Positions 10,649 to 21,018 of a DNA stretch of 64,000 nt are shown one piece after another. How positions within the stretch are numbered: the stretch's first letter is position 1; every line of letters starts with the position of its first letter. Where the stretch lies: contig JALSJH010000019.1 of the NCBI GenBank assembly GCA_026989455.1, forward strand, positions 14,596 through 78,595, in the 5' to 3' direction. Made by a program: the position numbers and the translations under genes. The notes under the pieces are model-generated. The model saw only the letters and a list, made by a program, of their open reading frames with translations, did no database searches and had not been told where the DNA came from. Source of the DNA: Chromatiales bacterium (GTDB lineage: Bacteria; Pseudomonadota; Gammaproteobacteria; RBG-16-57-12).

Positions 10649-10860
10649 AATCTGGATAATTCATGAATTATGCACAATATTACTTGTTTATTGCCTACAT
10701 GGACGCAGGTAAGAGGCGCTAGCAGGACGCGGTAGCTTTGACTCTGCAGAAAATATTTCCTCCATCGTCCGTAATCACGGATATGAAGCTCTTTCGGAAA
10801 TTCTCCTGTGAAGCCAATATCCTGCGTGTTTTTTGCACAAATTAATGAAATGTCGGGGTG
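10649..10860. mobile_element. MITE-like element, family B (imperfect terminal inverted repeats, internal GC-rich core)
   Basis: Left end AATCTGGATAATTCATGAATT partly complements right end AATTAATGAAATGTCGGGGT; core 10692-10741 recurs at 36396-36452. Confidence 0.6.
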
Positions 10861-10888
10861 GGTTGTTTCGTGGATGTACGGGTTTTTT

Positions 10889-11935
10889 ATGAAATACAAA
10901 AGTGAGATCTCCCCCCATAATCGCCAAGCGAGGGTGGGTGTGTTGTTGTTGAATTTGGGCACCCCGGATGCTCCGACTCCTTCGGCACTGCGCCGCTATC
11001 TGGCTGAGTTTTTGTGGGACCCTCGTGTTGTTGAAATGTCACGGCCGCTCTGGTGGCTGATTCTTCATGGCATTATATTGCGTACACGGCCCAAGCGGTC
11101 AGCAAAAGCTTACCAAACTATCTGGACTGAGCAGGGTGCACCACTGTTGGTGACTTCTCAGCAGCAGGTAGATGGCTTGCAGACGCGATTGCAACAGGAG
11201 GTTTCTCCTCATTTTGTTGTAGAGCTGGGGATGCGCTATGGTAATCCATCCATTGTCTCTGCTCTGGCGCGATTAAAAGAGGCGAATGTACAGCGCCTTG
11301 TGGTGTTGCCGCTCTACCCACAGTACTCGGCTGCGACGACAGCCTCTTGTTTTGATGTGATCTATCAGGAGTTACAGCGCTGGCGCTGGATTCCTGAGCT
11401 GCGTTTTATCAATGGCTATGCGGATCACCCGGCTTATATTTCGGCACTGGCCGATAGTGTTGAGAGCACCTGGCGGGCAGAGTCACGCAGTGACCTGCTA
11501 ATCTTCTCTTTCCACGGTACGCCGAAGCGCTATTTTGAAGCGGGTGATCCCTATTACTGTTTTTGTCAGAAAACGGCTCGCTTAGTTGCTGAGCGCTTGG
11601 GGTTGGAGGAGGGGGCTTATAAGGTGACCTTTCAATCCCGTTTTGGCAAAGAGCCGTGGTTGCAGCCTTATACGGATGAGGTGTTGGCCGCTCTGCCGTC
11701 TCAAGGGGTAAAGAGTGTAGCGGTTATCTGTCCGGGCTTTTCTGTTGATTGTCTGGAGACGATTGAAGAGATCGATGTGGAGAACCGTGAAATCTTTCTT
11801 ACCGCAGGTGGTGACTCATTTCAGTACATTCCAGCATTGAACGCTTCTTTCAATCATATAGATATGATGTTTCAGTTACTTCTTCAGCATACTGCGGGTT
11901 GGCCGTTATCGGAACAAGATAAATTGGCTGAGTGA
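10889..11935 (+). CDS. hemH: Ferrochelatase (start placed at ATG 10889)
   Basis: LLNLGTP, GMRYGNP, PLYPQYS, SFHG, FQSRFG...WLQPY, DCLETIEE. Confidence 0.96.
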   Translation: MKYKSEISPHNRQARVGVLLLNLGTPDAPTPSALRRYLAEFLWDPRVVEMSRPLWWLILHGIILRTRPKRSAKAYQTIWTEQGAPLLVTSQQQVDGLQTRLQQEVSPHFVVELGMRYGNPSIVSALARLKEANVQRLVVLPLYPQYSAATTASCFDVIYQELQRWRWIPELRFINGYADHPAYISALADSVESTWRAESRSDLLIFSFHGTPKRYFEAGDPYYCFCQKTARLVAERLGLEEGAYKVTFQSRFGKEPWLQPYTDEVLAALPSQGVKSVAVICPGFSVDCLETIEEIDVENREIFLTAGGDSFQYIPALNASFNHIDMMFQLLLQHTAGWPLSEQDKLAE

Positions 11936-11961
11936 TCGAAAACAGGCCTAGGGTTTGAAAT

Positions 11962-14361
11962 ATGGATACTACCGTGGATAAAACAGAGCTACCGTACCCC
12001 TCATTACTAATCGAAGATAGTGACATCGCCGTGGGGCCGAAAAGTGCCATTATTGTCACCCTCATCAGTGGTAAAAAACTAAAAGGCCGTCTGGTTGAGT
12101 TTCTACCCAACTCACCCACCATGGCGGTTGCTGGAAAAGGTGATGAAAAGCTGATTGTTCACCTAGGGTTGATCAAGACGCTAACCTTCCCAACCAAACG
12201 TAATAGAAAAACACGTCAACCTGCGCTTGATGAAACTCAGGGCATCGAAATGCCGCCCAGCAGCCAGCCCTTCAAGATTGTTTTTAATGATGGTAGTGAG
12301 GTGAAAGGGGAGACCTTGGGTTACCGCCCTGATCAGCACGGTTTGCACCTTTTCCCACTGGTTGATGAAAATCTTTTTATTCAAACATTCTATTCACACC
12401 GGGCGATAAAAAGTTACCAAGTGGGTGATTTCTTGGGTGAACTGCTGTTGAAGGATGGGCTGGTTACCGAGAGTGATTTGCAGCAGGCGGTCGAAACGCA
12501 ATCGAGTGATCGCAAACAGCAGCTGGGTGATTATCTGGTCGGTAGCGCCATCGTTTCAAGCGAAGATTTGCAAAAAGCACTCCTGCGTCAACGCTCTATG
12601 CCCAACATGCGCCTAGGCGAAATCTTAGTTAGCGAAGGGTTGGTAAGTGATGCGCAAATTGATGAGGCGCTGGACGCTCAGAAGGTAGATCGTGGTCGCC
12701 CGCTGGGGGAGATTCTGGTCAGTCAGGGGGTGGTTGAACAAATTGATATTCAGCGCAGCCTGGCTAAAAAACTGGGTATCCCCTTTGTTAATCTGGCTGA
12801 TTATCAAATACCCCCCGATGTGATTCAACGGCTGGATGAGGGGGTGGTGAGAGAGCTAGAGGTGATCCCCATCAGCATGTTTGAGGGGCGCTTGGTGATC
12901 GCCATGGAAAACCCGATGGATCGTGAGGCGATTGAGGTTATCCGCTTTAACTGTAACGTCACCGTTGAGGCGGTGATGGCGGATGTGGCAGGAATTAGAA
13001 AAGCGATCGATTTTTATTACTCGGCGGCGGCTGGGAGCGAATTTTCTGATCTTGAAATAGAGGATGATGGGCTGGATGATGACCTGCACAGCCAGGAGCT
13101 GGAGCAGAATTTATCGGATAACCTAGTGGTTAAAATGGTGAATAAAATTGTTATTGATGCCCATGCCCAAGGGGTTTCCGATATTCACATTGAGCCTTAT
13201 CCAGGTAAAAACAAAACCATTATCCGTTTTCGAAAAGATGGCTCTCTGTTGGAGTATGTACAACTCCCCTCCCAATATAAAAACGCCCTGGTTGCCCGTA
13301 TTAAAGTGATGGCGCTGCTGGATATTTCCGAAAAGCGCCACCCTCAGGATGGAAAAATTGATTTTAAAAAGTTTGGGCCATTAAAAATAGAGCTGCGGGT
13401 TGCCACCGTGCCAACAGCCGCTGGCCTAGAAGATGTGGTGATGCGTATTCTAGCGGCAGGGGACCCCATTCCGCTGGATAAACTGGGCGTTAGCGACCAC
13501 AACCTAGTGCGACTCAAATCATTAATCGCCAAACCCTACGGAATGATCTTCGTTTGTGGCCCGACTGGGTCGGGTAAAACGACGACGTTGCACTCTATTC
13601 TCGGCCACATCAATGTCCCTGAGCGTAAGATTTGGACGGCTGAAGATCCGGTCGAAATTACTCAGGCCGGACTCCGGCAGGTGCAGATCAACCCAAAAGG
13701 TGGCCTCACCTTTGCCGATGCGATGCGCGCATTTCTGCGGGCAGACCCCGATGTAATTATGGTGGGTGAGATGCGTGATAAAGAGACCACCGGCATGGGT
13801 ATCGAGGCTTCTTTGACCGGGCACTTGGTCTTTTCAACACTTCACACCAACAGTGCGACGGAGAGTATTGTGCGTCTGCTGGATATGGGGATGGATCCCT
13901 TTAACTTCTCCGATGCGCTACTGGGTGTTTTGGCACAGCGACTGGCTAAACGCCTCTGCTCGGAGTGCAAACAGGCCTATCACCCCGATGAATCTGAGTT
14001 GAACGGACTGCTGGATGAGTATTGTAGCGACCTACCCACTGAGGGTGATGAAGTACCGCAACCGAAAGTGCTGGCCGAATGGCAGGCGCAGTTTCTGGAT
14101 AAAGAGGGGAAATTCACCCTCTATAAAGCGATTGGCTGTGATCACTGCAACGATACAGGGTACGCCGGGCGCTTGGGGCTGCATGAGTTGCTGGTAAGTA
14201 GTGATGATATTAAACGGGCTATTATCAGTAAAATGCCGATTGTTGACTTGACCCGCTTAGCGATGACAGAGGGGTTGCGCACACTGCTGCAGGATGGCAT
14301 TGAAAAAGTGCTGCAAGGGACAACGGATATACACTGCATTCGTGCGGTGTGTAGCAAGTAG
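11962..14361 (+). CDS. Orphan PilB/GspE-family secretion ATPase with four MshEN-like motifs
   Basis: SDIHIEP, PQDG, GPTGSGKTT, EDPVE, LRADPD, GEMRD, TGHLVFSTLHTN, CSEC/CDHC zinc motif. Confidence 0.9.
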   Translation: MDTTVDKTELPYPSLLIEDSDIAVGPKSAIIVTLISGKKLKGRLVEFLPNSPTMAVAGKGDEKLIVHLGLIKTLTFPTKRNRKTRQPALDETQGIEMPPSSQPFKIVFNDGSEVKGETLGYRPDQHGLHLFPLVDENLFIQTFYSHRAIKSYQVGDFLGELLLKDGLVTESDLQQAVETQSSDRKQQLGDYLVGSAIVSSEDLQKALLRQRSMPNMRLGEILVSEGLVSDAQIDEALDAQKVDRGRPLGEILVSQGVVEQIDIQRSLAKKLGIPFVNLADYQIPPDVIQRLDEGVVRELEVIPISMFEGRLVIAMENPMDREAIEVIRFNCNVTVEAVMADVAGIRKAIDFYYSAAAGSEFSDLEIEDDGLDDDLHSQELEQNLSDNLVVKMVNKIVIDAHAQGVSDIHIEPYPGKNKTIIRFRKDGSLLEYVQLPSQYKNALVARIKVMALLDISEKRHPQDGKIDFKKFGPLKIELRVATVPTAAGLEDVVMRILAAGDPIPLDKLGVSDHNLVRLKSLIAKPYGMIFVCGPTGSGKTTTLHSILGHINVPERKIWTAEDPVEITQAGLRQVQINPKGGLTFADAMRAFLRADPDVIMVGEMRDKETTGMGIEASLTGHLVFSTLHTNSATESIVRLLDMGMDPFNFSDALLGVLAQRLAKRLCSECKQAYHPDESELNGLLDEYCSDLPTEGDEVPQPKVLAEWQAQFLDKEGKFTLYKAIGCDHCNDTGYAGRLGLHELLVSSDDIKRAIISKMPIVDLTRLAMTEGLRTLLQDGIEKVLQGTTDIHCIRAVCSK

Positions 14362-14373
14362 TGGAATTTTAGT

Positions 14374-15033
14374 ATGATCAAGTGGCAGCAGGTTGATACT
14401 GTCATGCTGGATATGGATGGCACCTTGTTGGATCTCAACTTCGACAACACCTTTTGGCAGCAACAACTGCCAAAGTATTACGCAAAAAAACATCAGCTCA
14501 GTTTTGAAGCCGCGCGTCATGAGCTGATGACGCGCTATGCACAACATAAAGGCACGCTCCAGTGGTATTGCCTTGATTATTGGCGAAAAAACTTAGATAT
14601 TGATTTGATGATGCTGAAAAAGCAAACCACCCACCTTATTAAAGTGCTACCCCATGCTATTGAGTTTATCGATCGGCTGCGCCAAGCGGGTAAACGGGTT
14701 TTATTGGTGACCAATGCACACCCGGATAATTTGGTGCTAAAAATGGAGGTGACACAGCTCCACCATCACTTTGATGAGATTGTCTGTTCCCACGATTACG
14801 GGTATTGCAAAGAGGAGCAGCGTTTTTGGTCCTCTTTTAAGCAGCAACACGGATTTGATGCCGCTCGCTCGTTGATGGTGGATGATAATCTACAGGTACT
14901 AGCTAGTGCGCAGAAGTATGGCATTGCGCAACTCTTGGCGGTGCGCAAACCGGATAGCTCTCGACCAGAAAATAGTGTTGTTGAATACCCTTCCGTAAGT
15001 GATTTTTCTGAAATTATACCCACCATTGGTTAA
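14374..15033 (+). CDS. yrfG: GMP/IMP nucleotidase (HAD family)
   Basis: LDMDGTLLDL.FDN.FW, WYCLDYW, VTNAH, KEEQ.FW, VDDN. Confidence 0.9.
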   Translation: MIKWQQVDTVMLDMDGTLLDLNFDNTFWQQQLPKYYAKKHQLSFEAARHELMTRYAQHKGTLQWYCLDYWRKNLDIDLMMLKKQTTHLIKVLPHAIEFIDRLRQAGKRVLLVTNAHPDNLVLKMEVTQLHHHFDEIVCSHDYGYCKEEQRFWSSFKQQHGFDAARSLMVDDNLQVLASAQKYGIAQLLAVRKPDSSRPENSVVEYPSVSDFSEIIPTIG

Positions 15034-15052
15034 CCGCAAGGTTTAAGCTGTA

Positions 15053-16710
<1,658 letters not shown>

Positions 16711-16726
16711 GATTTACGTTGCACCC

Positions 16727-16758
16727 AGATCCTGCAAGCACGATCACTTGCAGGATCT
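16727..16758. repeat. 12-bp perfect inverted repeat between murU and the response regulator
   Basis: AGATCCTGCAAG-8nt-CTTGCAGGATCT; no U-tract. Confidence 0.6.
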
Positions 16759-16786
16759 AGGTCGCACCTTAAAATGGATGGGCTAT

Positions 16787-17425
16787 ATGATTCGGGTAAT
16801 GATCGTTGATGATCATGGATTAGTCAGGGCGGGGCTGGCACGCGTGCTGGATGATGCCCCTGATATTGAGGTGGTTGCCGAGGCAAACTGTGGTGAAGTT
16901 GCGCTGAGTTCCGCCGTGCAGGCGCACCCTGATGTGGTTTTGATGGATATCAACATGCCGGGTATCGGCGGTATGGAGGCGACCACAAAATTACTCCAAA
17001 TACAGCCAAACCTGAAAATTATTATTGTGACGGTGCATGCCGATGGCCCCTTTCCCAATAAGCTGCTGCAAGCGGGTGCAGTGGGTTACCTTACTAAAGG
17101 GTGCGCCTGTGAAGAGATGATTCAAGCGATTCGCACCGTCTTTGAGGGGCGACCCTATGTCGCCCGCTGTGTGGCACAAAATATTGCACTTTCACATAAA
17201 AAACAAACCGAGGTCTCTCCTTTTGAGTTGTTGTCACAACGTGAATTGCAGGTTGTGATGATGTTGACCCAGGGGCTGAGTGGGCAGGATATCTCTGATC
17301 GGCTCAGCCTTAGCCCTAAAACTGTCAGTACCTATCGGTGTCGAGTCTATGAAAAGCTAAAAATAGGCAGTGATGTGGAGCTGATGCAGTTGGCACTAGA
17401 GCATAATTTGCTGGAGGAGGAGTAG
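16787..17425 (+). CDS. GacA/UvrY-like NarL-family response regulator (start placed at ATG 16787)
   Basis: IVDDH, LMDINMPGIGG, GYLTKG, LSQRELQV, LSPKTVSTYR. Confidence 0.88.
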   Translation: MIRVMIVDDHGLVRAGLARVLDDAPDIEVVAEANCGEVALSSAVQAHPDVVLMDINMPGIGGMEATTKLLQIQPNLKIIIVTVHADGPFPNKLLQAGAVGYLTKGCACEEMIQAIRTVFEGRPYVARCVAQNIALSHKKQTEVSPFELLSQRELQVVMMLTQGLSGQDISDRLSLSPKTVSTYRCRVYEKLKIGSDVELMQLALEHNLLEEE

Positions 17426-17522
17426 CCTCTCCTCAGCTTCTATTTCAGTGATATATGGCCTGCAAGCATTTGCCATTTCATGTAAACTTCGTTAATCGAA
17501 ATAGCTATCAAGGGGTAGGGTT

Positions 17523-17942
17523 ATGGTGTACCTGAAAAATAGTGGATTGGTTTTTCTATTTGTATTGCTCAGTGGCTGTTCTGGAATGACACCTGATCAG
17601 GTAGTGAGCGAGATCTATGGTGATTCGGGTGAAGATGGTCAACTCTATCAAAAGCTGTCTAAACTACAGTTTCAATTAGATGCTCTGACACAGCAAGCTC
17701 ACTGTAGCTCAGATTTTGAGTGCCAGACAATCGGTGTCGGTACCAAGCCTTGCGGGGGCGCTCGCTACTATTTTGCTTACTCGATTACATCTTCAGATGT
17801 GACCCAAATCACCAGTGTGGCGCGGGAGTATGATATTACAGACAATAAACTTGATCACCGGCTTGAGCGAGTTGATAAGTGTGCAATTGGCGTTGACCCA
17901 GGAGCCAGTTGTCGTAATTTGATCTGTACCTTGAACTATTAA
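17523..17942 (+). CDS. Hypothetical Cys-rich lipoprotein
   Basis: Lipobox LSGC; six further Cys including KPCGG. Confidence 0.7.
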   Translation: MVYLKNSGLVFLFVLLSGCSGMTPDQVVSEIYGDSGEDGQLYQKLSKLQFQLDALTQQAHCSSDFECQTIGVGTKPCGGARYYFAYSITSSDVTQITSVAREYDITDNKLDHRLERVDKCAIGVDPGASCRNLICTLNY

Positions 17943-17969
17943 CCCATTTCATTGGGTGGGCACTTTCTA

Positions 17970-18536
17970 CTAGCGTATACCCCAGCGCTCACGCAGTGCT
18001 TTGAATACTTTGTTGGGGTAGCGAAAGCTGCCCAAGCTTCCATTGTAGCGCGCCAGGGCACGGCTGAGCTGCCCCTTCTCTCGATCAAGGTAGTGCCGAA
18101 GAATGGTGCAGCCGAAACGAAGATTGGTGGATATATCAAACAGGTTATCATCCGGTCGTTCCAGCTCATCTAACCAGAACGGCATAATCTGCATCAAGCC
18201 TCGGGCACCCGCAGATGAGATCGCCCAGCGATTAAAGTTACTCTCCACCTCAATGACCGCTAACACCAACTCGGGCTGTAATCCGGCAATTTTTGCTTCT
18301 TGATGAATCATCTTCAGGAGACTGATGCGCTTTTCATGGTCAGGAATGCGCCGGGCAAGGCGGGATGACATATCGTGCAGCCACACTTCCGCGTCAAATC
18401 GATCATCAAAGCTGTGAACATCAGAGACCGCTTTACTCAATAACTCAAGCAGTTCAGGTTCGGGGTAGTCTGTTTTTGCATGGAGCTGAGTTGAAAACAT
18501 CAGCAGTAATAGAGCACCGCTCGCTATGTTGATCAT
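17970..18536 (-). CDS. Lytic transglycosylase (SLT domain); start uncertain (18536 or 18584)
   Basis: VIEVESNF, GARGLMQIMP, NLRFG, ALARYNG. Confidence 0.9.
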   Translation of the reverse strand: MINIASGALLLLMFSTQLHAKTDYPEPELLELLSKAVSDVHSFDDRFDAEVWLHDMSSRLARRIPDHEKRISLLKMIHQEAKIAGLQPELVLAVIEVESNFNRWAISSAGARGLMQIMPFWLDELERPDDNLFDISTNLRFGCTILRHYLDREKGQLSRALARYNGSLGSFRYPNKVFKALRERWGIR

Positions 18537-18674
18537 CTGACGAACTTTGGGTGGCTTGTAGTACAACATAAAATTCTCGCACATCTGTTTGGCTACTCTA
18601 CTGCTTTAAAAGCGGCTACTTTACCGAAAACTATAAATGAGTTGCTATCGGTATGGCAAAAATTCCTTCATCGC

Positions 18675-19856
18675 TTAGCCCGGTCGCCCATCGACGCGTG
18701 CCTTTAGCAGTATTGGCGTGTAGAACCCGATGAAAATGAGAAAGCTTAAGCACCATGCCGCCGCCGCAAGCCCCAGTGGCCAATGATAACTGAGTGGTAG
18801 CAGTGGCGCGAATACGCGAATCAAAGCGGCCAAGTTTATTAAGACAAAAGCGTAAACCAGTGCCGGATGGGGAAGTCGCATCTCACGGCCAGTGTGACCC
18901 ACGGCCACGCGGGCCATCATCCCTAGGGAAAGAACCCCCAGTGCGCCTACAAAATAGGCGTGCAATGCCCAGGATAATGGCATGACACCGTACATGGCGA
19001 GTGCGTGCAGTGCAAAGCCAATAACCAGCCACAAATAACCCAGCCACAACACCCAAATTAATGGCTCGCGCCACAGCTGGTGGGTATACCACCCCAATAG
19101 ACGAACCAGATGAACAGCCGCCGCAAACAGAGCCGCCAGGCTGATGAGTGTGGAGCTAGAAGAGAGTTGTGCGAAGATCAGCAATACCAACGTGGCTGGG
19201 CTGAGAAACTCAATAATTCGCCAACTCTTCCGCTTGAAACCCTGCGTGGCACGCTCGATAAAAAAGGGAACCACTCGCCCCGCCATGATAACCAGAATCC
19301 ATAACATCAGCAGCGCGGCGATGGTGTTGTTGCGTTGAATGTCGGTCTCAATCATCCCCAGCATGGCCAAGTGAATGAATAGGTTGGCACCACCAATGAG
19401 TAACAGTAAGAGTGGAAATACCTGGTTGTTATGCTGGCGGCTACGCCAGATGGGGATGGCGATCAGCAGTGCGAGGAGTGGCGCAAATAGCAGGTCGAGT
19501 GTGGCGGTGATGAGTATGGGCAGCTCGAAGAGTGGCGCGATGCGCGCTGCTAGCCACAACAGAAACAGCATGGCCAGTGGTGTACCACTTGGTGTGGGTT
19601 GATTGGTCCAGTTTTTAACCGCAGTGAGCAGAAAGCCCGCAATCACCGCCATCACATAGCCAAATAACATTTCGTGGCGATGCCAAGCGATATTATCAGC
19701 GTAATAGGGTGAAATTAGCCACGCCTGCCCAAGCTGGCTGAGCCAGAAAGGGAAGATGATGAGTGCAAACACGCCAGCTGCCCAAAAAAAGGGCCTAAAA
19801 CCGAGTGCAAAGGGAGTGTAACCGGTAATAGGGTCGTGGGGGCGTTCGATTTGCAT
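18675..19856 (-). CDS. nnrS: NnrS family membrane protein (nitrosative stress)
   Basis: LGFRPFF, WHRHEMLFGY, GFLLTAVKNWT, GRVVPFF, RVAVGHTGR, RVDGRPG. Confidence 0.95.
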   Translation of the reverse strand: MQIERPHDPITGYTPFALGFRPFFWAAGVFALIIFPFWLSQLGQAWLISPYYADNIAWHRHEMLFGYVMAVIAGFLLTAVKNWTNQPTPSGTPLAMLFLLWLAARIAPLFELPILITATLDLLFAPLLALLIAIPIWRSRQHNNQVFPLLLLLIGGANLFIHLAMLGMIETDIQRNNTIAALLMLWILVIMAGRVVPFFIERATQGFKRKSWRIIEFLSPATLVLLIFAQLSSSSTLISLAALFAAAVHLVRLLGWYTHQLWREPLIWVLWLGYLWLVIGFALHALAMYGVMPLSWALHAYFVGALGVLSLGMMARVAVGHTGREMRLPHPALVYAFVLINLAALIRVFAPLLPLSYHWPLGLAAAAWCLSFLIFIGFYTPILLKARVDGRPG

Positions 19857-19910
19857 GGTAGATAAATAACCTCAAAGTAGCCCGGCAGGCGCATAGTGAT
19901 TGCTATTTCC

Positions 19911-19953
19911 ACTATAGCATTTAATCAATATGAGATGTTTTGATGCAGGTCAA
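19911..19953 (-). promoter_or_regulatory. FNR/Dnr/NnrR-type box plus extended -10 for nnrS
   Basis: TTGATGCAGGTCAA (19940-19953, 1 mismatch to TTGAT-N4-ATCAA); TGcTATAGT on minus strand at 19911-19919; box centre near -42. Confidence 0.75.
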
Positions 19954-19995
19954 TTTATTAGAGCTTAGAGCGCCCCTTATGCGAATTCAGGGAGG

Positions 19996-20919
19996 TTAAA
20001 AATCATGGGTAGTGGTTTGATTGGCGATCACGGTCACATGGGTGGTACCGATGTAGTTGAGTATTTCACTGCTGGTTGGAAGATCATTTGTAGCATCGCA
20101 GACAAAGCTGATGGTGTAGTCACCTTCCGGGAGAAATCCGAGGCCGTACTGGTAGGTGGTATCGGTGAGGAGCGAGGTTGTAATGGGTTCAACCCCCATA
20201 TTATCAACATCATCTGGCTCGACATTTTGTCCGGAATAAGCGTATACCGCATAGCTTGTTCCGGTGCAACTCGCATCATTCATGGTAGTGCCACTCACAG
20301 TACCTTGGATGTGGCCACTGCGCTTAGTCATTATCTGTCGAAGCACGGGCTTTAAGGTGTAGTTTACATCGGGTAACTGCGGTGCGGTGATGGACTTTCT
20401 CAGGTCAAAGTCGATGGTGATATAGGTATCGCTGCTGTCAGAGATAGAGAAACTCCGGTTGAGTCGAAGACCACTTTCGCTGCCGCTGGGCATATAGAGT
20501 GAGTAGCTGCCACCGTTTGCTTCAATATAGGAGTCTTGGGTGTTCTCAAGTGCATTTACTTTAAGGCGCATCCAGCTATAGGTGCCTGCTTCGATGGGTT
20601 TGTTGTCTAATAGCAGCTCAAATTGACTCCCCTGTAGAGCCAGTAGGTTGATTTTTTTGGGTGCATCAAAATCGATGCTGAATTGGTTTGCTGATGCTGA
20701 GAGTGGCTTGAACTCAATGCCGCTAAATTCGATCCAGACAGCGCTAACATCATCCACCGCCGCATCGGTAATGGCGAGGGTGAGTCCACCATCATTTACG
20801 CTAAGGTCTGGGCCACTACCGCAGCTGATTAACAGGGCACCGGCCACTAGGTAGCCAACGGTTTTTGTTGTTACGAGCATCTTACCTATTCCTGTTTCAT
20901 ATACCCGCCACGTTAACAT
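19996..20919 (-). CDS. DUF4382-like lipoprotein (true start may be 20880)
   Basis: LISC lipobox, LAITDA, INLLALQG, G.YSWMRL, IDFDLRKSI, LKPVLR. Confidence 0.75.
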   Translation of the reverse strand: MLTWRVYETGIGKMLVTTKTVGYLVAGALLISCGSGPDLSVNDGGLTLAITDAAVDDVSAVWIEFSGIEFKPLSASANQFSIDFDAPKKINLLALQGSQFELLLDNKPIEAGTYSWMRLKVNALENTQDSYIEANGGSYSLYMPSGSESGLRLNRSFSISDSSDTYITIDFDLRKSITAPQLPDVNYTLKPVLRQIMTKRSGHIQGTVSGTTMNDASCTGTSYAVYAYSGQNVEPDDVDNMGVEPITTSLLTDTTYQYGLGFLPEGDYTISFVCDATNDLPTSSEILNYIGTTHVTVIANQTTTHDF

Positions 20920-21018
20920 ATATTTAACGCATCCAGTGAAGGGGTTTGCATCTCTGCCACTGCGGTATGTTAGAATCGGCGTTTTGCCCCGCTACATTAG
21001 AAGAATATAGAGGAGAGG

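Noticed and set aside
10570-10962. 130-aa minus-strand ORF and the 27-aa N-terminal extension of hemH
   Set aside because: Both run through repeat family B and overlap hemH; no recognisable protein features.
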